Shown piece by piece: positions 53,281 to 64,000 of a stretch of 64,000 bases of DNA. This stretch comes from Botryllus schlosseri. Its lineage: Eukaryota. Within the stretch, counting starts at the first letter, position 1; the number at the start of each line of letters is the position of its first letter. The translations under genes were made by a program, and so were the position numbers. The DNA lies in assembly GCA_051294905.1 (NCBI GenBank), contig CM119371.1, positions 39,868,001-39,932,000 on the forward strand, written 5' to 3'. The notes under the pieces were generated by a model. The model was not told the origin of the DNA. It saw nothing but the letters and a program-made list of their open reading frames with translations, and did no database searches.

Positions 53281-53566
53281 ATGTCCATGTCAGAGAAACG
53301 TTTTAGGGTAGGCCTACTCATATGTCTCGCAGCGTTCTCTACATAATTGTCAATTGCGATACAAACTGTTTGCTTGTATTGGTAAAGCCATCCAACTTCG
53401 AATTGTAAAATGTTGGGAGTCTTGATATCAAATTTTTGAAAGGTGCACTTTGAGAAGATTTCGGAATCTGTCAAATTATACAAAAATTTAGCAAATTCTT
53501 TGACATATTTCATCTATTTGGGACTCGATCAACGTAAAAGAATTGGTAATCATTTTATACAATATA

Positions 53567-54941
53567 GGAGAGACCGGGGACAAATGTAACTAGGGGCAAA
53601 TGTAACAATCGACCTCACCGCTAGTAGGATGGAGAAATCAGCTTGATATTTTAAGTGCGCATGTTGTAGTTATCTCTCCTATTATACCTGGAGTTACGTT
53701 GATCTACGATGCGAAACCCCGGAATAATTTGCAAAAAACGAAATTTTTGACCCTTGAGTAAAGTTTTTCTGGTCTGGAATAATTTGTCTGGACGAATAGT
53801 ACCTCAAGTAGTTACAACGTAATATGTGTAGTTGGAACAATGTTACTATAGTCTACCGTGGTGATGGAAAGAATAGGACTTGCATCGCCGGGAAGGTACC
53901 ATACTGAGACACTAATCATGGCCGAGCGTGTCAGGGGCAATCGTAACACTCTGTTACATTTGCCCCGTTACAAAATGTTATCAATTCTGAATGTCTTTGT
54001 TCATATGTTGGTATTACCATTCATCTACTGCAGAATAATCTTGCAACAGCCAGAAGTTCACCAGAACAGATACTGCCTTGCGATACCAATTCTAACATGA
54101 TCATCTGTCGAAACGGCCATACAATAGTGGTGATGTGAATCTGACGGTTCGGTTATTTTCGTGATTCAACCACCCTTTCTCATGTTGATCGACTTTTGGT
54201 GTGTCGAACTTCAATAGTCATGTCTTAATTCTCGTCCTCTGACTTTGATCATAGCCCACTTACATTTTGATATTTGATGTGAACAATTTATGTTTATTTT
54301 CTACAGCACAGATAAATGTCATTATAGCTTTGACGCCACACAATGTTGCGTCCTCGTTTTACTAAACTATCATCGGCCCATTCAACCAAGATATGTTAGC
54401 CAGGTCGGTTTCGCACCTTCGCAGGTGACCGAATCACCAACCCATTATGCGCCCTGAACAACAGAACCTTGGTAGAAGAGGCCGAATATGTGTAGGGGGA
54501 TGATGGAATGAATTTGTCTCTTGTACACTTTAAGCTTGAACAAGACACGAAGGGTGATATTGCATTCAGATGCCATAAATGCGATGGAGCGTAGCCTGGA
54601 AGCGTTCAAACGTCTCTTCCTAGTTTCATGCAATATTACAATTTGTGCTTCCGTTTTCGTTGTTCATTCAGTTTGTGTTCAGTTATAAATAACACTGTTA
54701 CAATTGCCCCGCAAGGGTGGTACAATTGCCCATGGGTACGGGGCGATTGTAACATTTGAGCAGCGATTTTTGCGACCCAAAATTTCCATGATTGATTGTT
54801 GATTGAGTTCCAGTTTAGTTTTCATATCAACTATCGAGTTGTTGGCTTCTTCATATAAAACTTTGGAAGTGAAATTTCCACGAGAAGAACAGGTAATGTT
54901 GGAAAATACGAAAAGTGTTACAATTGTCCCCGGTCTCCCCC
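53567..54941 (-). mobile_element. pogo-like Tc1/mariner deletion derivative
   Basis: TA-flanked TIR GGAGAGACCGGGGACAA.TGTAAC and repeated GGGGCAA.TGTAAC motifs. Weak HTH-like remnant at 54445-54633. Confidence 0.8.
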
Positions 54942-57152
54942 TATTGTATTTGTAGTTGAAGTATAGTAATAATTCTTATGGTTACCGCACTTGTAACGAT
55001 TCACGGCCATAACTGGAATAATTAGAATGATGTAACTTTCAAATTGTCATGCATTTTGCAACAACATTGTTCTCAATTTTCAAGGTGCTGACCATTCGAG
55101 GAAGAATCACCCACCGGGAATTCACGATCCGTAAACGCGGCCGACTGTTTCTCTCCTCAAGCGGAAGCGACAGAGAAGAGGAACGAAGAGAAAAAAGGAG
55201 CAGAAATAGCAAGAGTGTGACAAGTCGCGTCCGTTCGCTTTAATGCGTATTTCCATCCGCGAAGTAGTAGGTGGGAAAACTAATGGGCGTTTGGTTAGGG
55301 CTTATATAAGGTTGACTCCAGCGCTGTATTTGCTAAATGTTGCTATGAAATAGGTGTGGTGTCATTTGGTATCAATATTGACTATTGAAAGACCATTTGT
55401 TAGTGGTCATGGATTTGTTCGGCCAGTATGCAGTAATTTCTGATGGTCACTTCCCGGGCTTCTGTTCTCTAACCCCTCATGATTGTTATCCTGCTTCTAG
55501 TAAGACTGTCGATTCTAATGTTTTATCGTATCATTTGTCGGAGGTTTCGCTCGCTTTATTTACAACGTTTTGCTCTCTGCTAGGTCAATTACTGGCTGAG
55601 TATCACTACAGCCTAAGAAACTGTACTAATTCTCATTTTAATGTCTTGCTGGTTATCTTGCTGTCAATTCTAATAATTTATTAATGTCTATACCAGTGCC
55701 GCCACTCAAATGTTTTGTTCTCTGTACACAATATTGTTAGGTCTTCAGCTTTCCAGGCAGAGTATCATTCCACTTTCTAGACTTGAGTATATATCTCTCC
55801 AACTAGCTGCCAAATAACTGATTCATTTGGATTGTTGAATTGATCATTTTTGACAGAATGTGAAGAAATTTTAGTCAAGAATTCTTTTTGTGTTAGTGGC
55901 TGTTTTCAAAGAGTGCTGAAGTAGTCATCGTTGATCTTGATAATCAAGTAGAAGTGACGATTGAAGTCAGTTCTCTAGTCATATAATATTAAAAAATATA
56001 ATAATAAAACTTGAAAACTTGAGTGGAAATAGTTCAGAATCGAATCCATTTTAGTAAGTATAGGCGAAAAAAATGTAGGAGTCATTCGTTAGTCGCTACC
56101 TCTGCCATTTTCGCAGTACGAATGTCTTAACTATTAATCATCATTTTCATTTTATTTCTGCAGGGTGTTGAAAAAAAAAGGCCGCATGCTGGTTATTTAA
56201 CTGGCTCATCAGAAGATGAAACCTGATGATAAGGACTGTTTTCACTTTCTTTCTAAAGACATTCGTTCGTTTGTTCGTTTTATTTTTTACAACGGCATTA
56301 TTGCCAATTCGTTTGAAATTAAATTATCACAAATGTGATTAATATGTAGTAAATAATGTGGTGTGTGTACGCAGCCGTGATCAGGTTAAGCCCATAGTGG
56401 TAGAAAACAGGTTATTATATCAGGATCTTCTTCTTCTAACGTAGGATCTACATTCTACTCACCATGTTTAAAGGCTGTAGCATCTGCATAATATTTACAT
56501 TATTGAAGGACATGGAAAAGACGTTGAATTGAGTCGACACAAAATCCCCCTTTCTACGACCTGCCGAGATCTAATATCTACTATATCGGCTCGGCTTTTC
56601 TACATCTTTGGTCTGTACTGTGTTTGCTGGGCTACATTCTGTTATGACTTCATAACGAGTGTTACACGAAGCGTATTACGTGATTCAGAATGGAATCACT
56701 CAGGTACTCAATCTTGCCCAGGCAAACTTATAGGATATTACATTTTCCACTTTCACTTGAAGTAGTTTTATTAAGTCTTTAAAGGGTCAGTTCTACTTGT
56801 AATCGCGTATATATTCAACAAGTTACGTCTACTTCTACTTGATTAGCAAGGTTGAGTACTCTGACCAGCTCTGCGTACACTTAAGACTCGACTCGCAATA
56901 TTGAAGACGAGGGGTGTTAAATTTTTTTTTCAAATTTCATCGGCTTAATTGTCAAAGAGCCAGGTTACCTAAAAAAACGTTGCACACCAAATATGACTCA
57001 ATTCCAAACAGTATATCCCGAGGTCGCTCAAATTGAAATTTCGGTCGTTTATGCAATAATAGCATTTACGGTGACCAATTTCGTCACACCGACATGACCA
57101 AAAATCGTGTTCCTGGTTTTGATCTTAACAAGGGCATATGGTGGAGTTTGGA

Positions 57153-57536
57153 CAGGGTTGTAATGACTCGAGCCAAGTCATACGACTCCAGACACAGACG
57201 GTCAAGACCGACATTTCATTGTAATTTTGAAGAATAGTAAAGTAACCACACTATTAGGATTTCGTCTATTGGTACTGGTACTTGGAAATATGACCAGAAA
57301 CTGCTAAAAGGGAGGAAAATTGGTATAAGATAAATGTGAACCAATAGATATCATCAAACAGAGTTATAAAATGTGGGTTTAACAAGATTTTATCAGGAAA
57401 CTGAGCAGTCAACACAATGACTTGGACTCGACTCGAGTTATAATACTGTGACTCAGTGTTGGATTGAAAATGACTCGACTTGACTCAAGTCAAAACTGTA
57501 AAAGTGAGATCGACTTGCGACTTGGGTACAGTCCTG
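57153..57536. mobile_element. GACTCGAGTC-rich hAT MITE in the left arm of the fold-back
   Basis: CAGGGTTGTAATGACTCG start and TSD AGTTTGGA/GGTTTGGA. Confidence 0.8.
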
Positions 57537-57794
57537 GGTTTGGATGAAGACACCGCCAGTAAACGAAAAAAGAAATGACACGGATTACCTGAAAACTGCT
57601 CCAACTCATTGAAATCGACATGTTGAAACGGTGGTGAGATAATTTTCAAACAGATTACTTTACACACTGAAATTACGACCACGAAAAGGAAATGAACTGA
57701 CAAGCAGGTAAAATACGTGTAAATATGTTTCTCAAGTGATAGTCGAGAAGTATTTTTTGTCGGACCAATTTAGATTTCACGAAATCGATCCCAG

Positions 57795-58290
57795 TTATGC
57801 AAGACATACCGATGTCTCTCTGCCTTGATTCAAAGTTTTTACTGATCGCAAAGTCGCTATTCCCAAAATCTCATCCCCAAAGACATCAGTTGCATTACTC
57901 AATAGCTCGTGTTCGAATGTTTCTCTGCTACTTGATATTGACTCATCCAGGGCGTTAAAAATGGTGCTGATTGCAATCCAGAATGGGCCATGCAATTGAA
58001 TAGTATTTGTGAGTTGAAAAAACATTTCTGATACTTCACATAAGCTTTGATCCTGGAGCTTTTTGTGCTCAAAACTTTGCGAGATTCAAGGAAACCGAAT
58101 GGTAACCCAATGAGCTTATAAAGCACATTAGTCATTTTCTGGTCTTTCAATATCATCTGGGCCCCCTTGGCATGGAGTGATAAAAAGCATTGGTGTTTTA
58201 CCACGATATATGGATACAATTAGATGGTAGTTACCGAATATGGAGGATGACATGAAGAGAGGACGACAACTTTTGCCCATTAGTCTTATC
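57795..58290 (-). pseudogene. Possible decayed caspase-like fragment inside the fold-back element
   Basis: CFLSLHAKG...LKDQ...LSTKSSRIKAY has caspase-like His-to-Cys-position spacing, followed in another frame by HGPFWI...ATLR (p10-like). By-eye similarity only. Confidence 0.3.
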
Positions 58291-60762
58291 ATTCACCTGT
58301 GATATAGTAGGCTACTATAGAAGTGCTGCAGAGCAAATAATAAAATATCATATAATATCAAATCGAATAGTGAAGAAATGTACATTGGACTGACAGAGAA
58401 TATAGATATTGACTATCACTTGAGAAATATATTTACCCGTATTTTACGTGCTTATTGTCAGTTCATGACCTTTTCGTGGCCGTTAATTTAAGTGTGTAAA
58501 GTACTCTATTTGAAGATTTTCTCACCATCGTTTTAAAGTCTCTATTTCAATGAAGTGAACCAATCTCCAGGTAATCTGTGTCATATCTTTTTTTCGTTTA
58601 CTGGCGATGCCTTCATTCAAACCCCACCATAGGCCCTTGTCAAGATCCACACAATTGGAAAATACATCCCTGCCACTTCAGAAATACCTGGAACACGGTT
58701 TTTGGTCATGTCGGTGTGACGAAATTGGTCACCGTAAATACTATTATTTAAAAAATGACCGAAATTTCAATTTGAGTCACCTCGGCTTCTACTGGTTGGA
58801 ATTGAGTCAAATTTGGTGTGCAACGTTTTTTTAGGTAACCTGACGATTTGACAACGAAGCCGATGAAATTTGAAAAAAAAAATTTTTGAACACCCCTATT
58901 GGAGACGCAAGATGAGGAGGCATTGACAACACAATTTCTAATTGAAAAATCCATCTTAATGAACTATACATCGTATATTTACTAAAAATATCAAATGAAA
59001 TATTTTATATGTTTTACGCAATAAAAATAGTAAAACTTGAGATTCCGACACACCATATCAACTCTACTTGAATTGCAACAGAAAGTCATTCCGTGCAGAT
59101 CTGAAAAGAAATAGCGCATATGCACACGAAACACCCCGAATTATGCTCGATTCAGGCACGCACAAGAAATCGTTCTATTCCTGATATCTGTTATATAGTC
59201 AGACAATGATGACTTGATTACCTCCTTCCGGATAAAGTATGGATGAAAGTAGATGAAGAAAATATAAAAGAATCGGTTAACACGATTCAATGTTCAAGTT
59301 TGAACCAAACTTGAAACTATATATTTATGAGAAGAAAAATATCAGTAACTGACCTTTTCCAATTTGCGATCTGATAACTGTCGCAAATCATCCTGCTTGG
59401 CCAACAGATGTCGTTGTTCGTCAAATTTGATAAATTCTGCATCAAAAAGTATCCCGAGAAATCCAATGACGGCTGCACTATCGACCCGGTCGAAAGACAG
59501 AACAGATTTCTGTGAAAATGTTGTCAGTTACATCACATCCAACGTACGAGTCATTCTCAGAGATACGATCAATCATGAGAGAATATTGTCACTTCATATA
59601 GCCGCTGCGGGTAAGGCGATTGCAACTCATTATCAGAACATAGCTTGCAAAACGAGTCGTCTGAAATTGCGCACATGAACCACGCAATCGCTACATGAAT
59701 TATATTGACTGAGACGTTAATAGAAATATCAGATCCCTCCATATCTATTTTGCGCAAAGTGTCACCAAATTCTTGACTCTCTTTAAAAACAATCACTGAA
59801 TTTCTCCGTCATGGTCTTTCTCTCTCTCTTATTGGAAGTTCATAATACTTCTACTATACGAACTGTAAATGGCGAAAAGTTAAGTTAGTGGATCACGAAA
59901 TATGACAAAGTACAAGTAGAAGTAGAGCCACAGAAAATTTGATTTACTTGAGTGAGTACTACAAGTAGAGGTAAATACTTGAGTACTTTGAAAAAGTAAA
60001 AGAAGTTCCACCTCTGGATTTGAATTAATAGAATACTCCCAATCATCCTTTCATTGCATTGCACGGTTATTTAAATTGAGTAAAGTCGTCTAAAGTTTGA
60101 TAAAAGGTGATTTGAATTGAGTGAAATTAAATGTCCGGTTTCAAATCGTAGCTTTCTCTCGGGTATGACCTGATGATGATATTGTCAAGTAATGCTTACG
60201 CCATATTAACGCTCATAATTACGTCATAAGCTACCGCGTGGCTACACTACAATTTCAATCCATTGCTGTATGTGACTATTGTGTTGCTTTACAGCCTTGT
60301 AGTGAAGTCGGTGAAATAAACAAAGATCCGATCATCAGCATGAACCCGTTTATATAAAATATTAAATTTTATTTTGCACATGACTCTGGATCCCCCCAAA
60401 ATCAGCGTCGAATTGTGCATTGTGATGGAGCTTGACATTGTGACACACCAATGCTGCCTGGCTCTTGCTCCTGAGCTGCAGTATTGTTGTCAGACAGCAT
60501 TGTTGCGTCACAATGCCCAACTACAACACAATGTAAAATACAAGGCTTATTTTAGGGGGGTAATAAAATTTCTATTTTCGTAATCGGTAGAGCAGTAGAT
60601 TTCCATCGGTACACGTTTTATCAAATTCGCCACTCGACAAGCCGGTCAAAATTGACCTTAGATTGCCTTTGGTCAAATGGAATGTATTGCGTAACCCAAT
60701 TGCAGTGAGCCGTTTAATCTCAACGTGTACACACCATATATAGGTCACTATGGTGAATTGAA

Positions 60763-60903
60763 CTAAGATCCGATCATCAGTAATGATGTCATCATTCCAA
60801 CCTTGATGGTAAACTGACCACTAACACCGTCAGTTATCTCGATCACATCTTCTCCGTTCTTCAAATCAAAACCCCTTCCTGCTCCTGGAGACAGACGGAC
60901 AAC
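60763..60903 (-). other. Candidate terminal coding exon of an unidentified gene
   Basis: TTTTCAG acceptor followed by 46 open codons (VVRLSPGAGRGFDLKNGEDVIEITDGVSGQFTIKVGMMTSLLMIGS) and TAG. Confidence 0.3.
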
Positions 60904-61007
60904 CTGAAAATTGTTCAGAAACTCGAGTATTCCATCATCCAAAAATATTGTGACGTCATATCAGATATACAGTGATGACAACAGCATCGGAAAACGTCAC
61001 CGACACG

Positions 61008-61609
61008 CAGGTTTGTAATGACTCGAGTCCCGATTTTCTGATGACTCGACTTGACTCGAGTCATTTTCTCAAAATACGGAAATGAATCGACTCGACTCCA
61101 GTCAATTTGTGTATTGGACTCACCTTGGACTCGAGTCATTGCGAATGACTCGAGCCCAGTCATATGACTCCAAGACCAACATTTCATTATTGTTGTTGTT
61201 GTTTGTGGAATTCATGGTATTTGTCAACTACTATGGTCATTTACACCAGGCCGATATTCTGCATTTTTATTCTTCCCACTATTTTTATTCTTCCCACTTC
61301 TAGGCCTTTTGTAAGACATTGCCGGTACTTGAAAATGCGACCAGAAACTGAAAAGTGAGGAAAATTTGTACATTATAAATGCGAACTATTCGATATCACC
61401 AAACAAAGTTTTAAAAGGGGGTTTAACAAGACTTTAACTGGAGACCGAGCAGTCAACACAATGACTCGGACTCGAGCCGTTGCTCGATGACTTGGACTCG
61501 GACATGACTCAGTGGTGAATTGAAAATGACTCGACTTGGCTCGAGAGTCAAAACTGTATAAGTGTAATTGACTTGTGACTCGGAGCCTTGTGACTTGACT
61601 GCAACCCTG
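61008..61609. mobile_element. GACTCGAGTC-rich hAT MITE
   Basis: TIR CAGGTTTG/CAACCCTG and TSD CCGACACG/CCGACACA. It contains a ~110-bp insert related to 51030-51095. Confidence 0.82.
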
Positions 61610-61742
61610 CCGACACAGTTCACCGTATTCCAGCATTTACACTAATTCACAAGACATTTTTAAGGGATTTTTGTCTTTATCATCGGCGCGCAAAATACGA
61701 CAGTTTGTCATTGTGAGCATGGATATAAATATATATATAAAT

Positions 61743-62105
61743 AAGGGTAGTTCAAAAATAACTTTTTTTCGGATTCCCGGGATTCAATGATTACATTGTT
61801 AGGTTCCTACTAGTAGCGGCCGACGCAGAGCCAGTTGAAATTTATTTATTATTTATAATAATAATTACTGTAATCCTCATGAAATTGTCGAGTTGTCTAC
61901 GAAAACAATGCGAAACAAATTTGACGTGACTCCAGCCCATAGAAGCCAAGTTATTTGATGAATTTAAAATTTCAATTGGCTCTGCGTCGGCATATACTGG
62001 TTGTATTCAAGCCAAATTTGGTGTGTAGCGATTATTTAACCAACTTAACAATTTAATCAGTGAATCCTGGGAATCTGGAAAAAAGGTTATTTTTGAACAA
62101 TCCTA
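61743..62105. mobile_element. Short fold-back MITE (TAGGG..TTCAAAAA family)
   Basis: Inverted ends GGGTAGTTCAAAAATAAC/GTTATTTTTGAACAATCCTA. Confidence 0.7.
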
Positions 62106-62519
62106 ATGTACGGTATATATGTGTATTGTATAATATTGTATGCATGTATTATGAGCAGACCTGATATGGCACGATAGTGACTTCTACTATACTGTTGCAC
62201 TGTTATTATCGGCAAACGATTTGCCGATGTGATGTCAGAACTCACTGTGTTGACCTATTGCTAATCGGATGGGCGCTTTCTTGAGGACTTGAAATCATCT
62301 TCTGCGTGCTAATTCATGTGAAATTCATGCACACTCAAGAATTGCCGTGCTCCCAGTAATGTTGCTTGTTACCGAAGGTAGTCGGTGACAAAGCACTTCT
62401 ACTTTTTGAAGAACACAAGTCGTTTTCGACTACTTACTCAAGTAAAACTAATATCTTGCTACTTCCACTTCTACTTCATATTAGTTTGCGACTTACATAC
62501 TTTCACTATTTACAGTTTA

Positions 62520-62610
62520 AATAGTATACTCATATTGAAATGAACCCGAATATTTTCGGCTGACACTCGTCAGGGGTAATTCGGGTTCATTTCAATATGA
62601 ATATACTATT
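62520..62610. repeat. Mini hairpin derivative of a dispersed MITE (GGCTGACACTCGTCAGGGG family)
   Basis: ~31-bp inverted arms. Related pieces near 295-372, 11795-12025, 21725-21810 and 36865-36970. Confidence 0.7.
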
Positions 62611-64000
62611 CAATTGTATATTGAAGTTCTGTACCTCCAAGAAGCTCTTCAAATATATACAGTTTGTGAATTGAAATGATTATTGATTATATTATTCCAA
62701 TAGAGAGAGAAAGAGAGAGAGAGAATGAGACTAAAAAAAAATTAGCGAAACATTTTGTCGAGTAGCAAAAATAATTTATGTACCACAAATTTTAAAACGG
62801 TTCGGAATGTCCGTTGTGCTTCGAGCGAAATAGATATTGAGCGACAAGAATGTTTTCATGGAACTGTTGGTCAGTATCATTTAGGTAGGGTAGTATTTAG
62901 GTATTTGATAACGTACTTTCGCCTATATGACATGTTTCATTACAGTAAATATGGCTCAGAAAAAATATTCGGAACTATCTCATCGTAATCTTGCATTCTA
63001 GCCGCACAGCGAGTGCTCAAACAGGGAAAAAGTGGTTCTTGACTTATTAAAGCTAGACCGTTGAGCGTCAACCACCGTTGAAACTATCTTAAACCTGTTG
63101 TAAATAGTGTAGTTGAATTTCTCTTTATGCACGGTATCATTACAGTTGGTTTTTTAATTAATCTTAGTTCTTTTATCCGAAACACATGCGTATAGAAGTG
63201 CATTTTACAAGGTAAAATTGAACATGAATGGCATTTTGCGATCTACCATATTGTTGTTTAGCGTAACAATCATCACGCAAATCGGTAAAACCGTTTCTGA
63301 TACAACTCCGTATTGCTTCAAGACTCAATTGCAGGCCTTCCAATACTGCGGAGGGCATAATTCCATGACATTATCTGAAATCGAGCTCTGGGGTAAACAA
63401 AAGTTAAGAGCCGCTTCTCTGCAGCAAAATGATCATTTACATCCCACGCTGTGGTCTACTGGTAATTCCTATGTTATAAAACTTTGAGAGCAGCACGATT
63501 CCAGCTCTCTGTGTCTGTACCATCCGAAGGGTCAAGCTTCAGGCTTTTGACATCCAATGATAGCGTATTTACGACTGCTTCTCACAACTACTTACTTAGT
63601 TGCTTACTTGATTAGATTTTAGCGTCGCCATTCCTAATTCTACTTGACGCAATTTTAGGATGCCTAAAAAAGGACTACTTCTACTCGCGCTTGAGTAGAT
63701 TTTACCTTCGCTACTTCTACTGGAGTAGATTATTTGACTACCTTGACCAGCTCTGCTAGTTACTCGCGCAGTGCATTTCGCAGCGGCACGTGGCCTTGGA
63801 ACACGCAACTGCGACATGATTTGTAAAAAATATCGATGCCCAGATTCTGAGTTCATTCATAAGCTTGATCGCCGACGAACTGACAGCTTTTGAGAACGCC
63901 AATATCGAACTACAATCAATTGTGTATTTAGTAGCAAGTTGATTTCTGTGTTTAGGTCTCGACATGCGATAAATGCTCGAATTGCTGTTGCTACTCTACG

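Larger units (their letters stand above)
49590..56632. mobile_element. ~7-kb DNA element with CCCAGCAAACACA termini (CMC/EnSpm-like), with nested insertions
   Basis: Inverted termini at 49594 and 56631. Inserted at a TA of the host MITE, which resumes exactly. The superfamily is inferred from the termini. Confidence 0.72.
49221..56726. mobile_element. TAGGGCTGGGCA-family MITE (inverted) split by a 7-kb insertion
   Basis: Halves 49221-49589 and 56633-56726 together match the reverse complement of 20964-21476. TSD CTTATAAG/CTTATAGG. Confidence 0.8.
56909..58898. mobile_element. Long fold-back hAT-type element with a unique 666-bp centre
   Basis: Inverted arms 56909-57744 (with a MITE insertion) and 58411-58898. 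TSD TTGAAGAC/TTGGAGAC. Confidence 0.82.

Noticed and set aside
57899..58219. LPFG as a reverse-transcriptase motif
   Set aside because: No following (Y/F)xDD motif and no other RT motifs are present.
131..63965. Most 60-100-aa ORFs in the track
   Set aside because: Many start at TTG or GTG, fall within MITEs, and are of lengths expected by chance in eukaryotic DNA.

Overview
This is AT-rich eukaryotic DNA, most consistent with an invertebrate animal. A tunicate-like genome is a guess from composition and repeat style only. I see no intact host gene, rRNA, tRNA or CRISPR array. The window is dominated by transposable elements whose ends and target-site duplications (TSDs) can be read directly. 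These include a full-length but frameshifted hATm-like transposon (5426-9125), a 5'-truncated CR1/L2-type LINE, and many hAT, Tc1-mariner and CACTA-like MITEs. A deep nest at 24.6-34.9 kb runs hAT > TTAA Kolobok-like element > hAT MITE > Merlin-like fold-back plus a non-coding Gypsy-like LTR element. There is also a 7-kb CCCAGCAAACA-ended element and a 5.2-kb satellite that grew out of a MITE's internal repeat. Between the TEs lie decayed coding-like remnants: two caspase-like pseudogene fragments (one captured inside a fold-back MITE) and several apparently paralogous fragments of an unrecognised family. These protein assignments are by-eye inferences and need HMM confirmation. I found no clearly novel functional system. 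The best leads are the captured caspase-like fragment, the decayed paralog cluster, and the MITE-derived satellite and fold-back behaviour.
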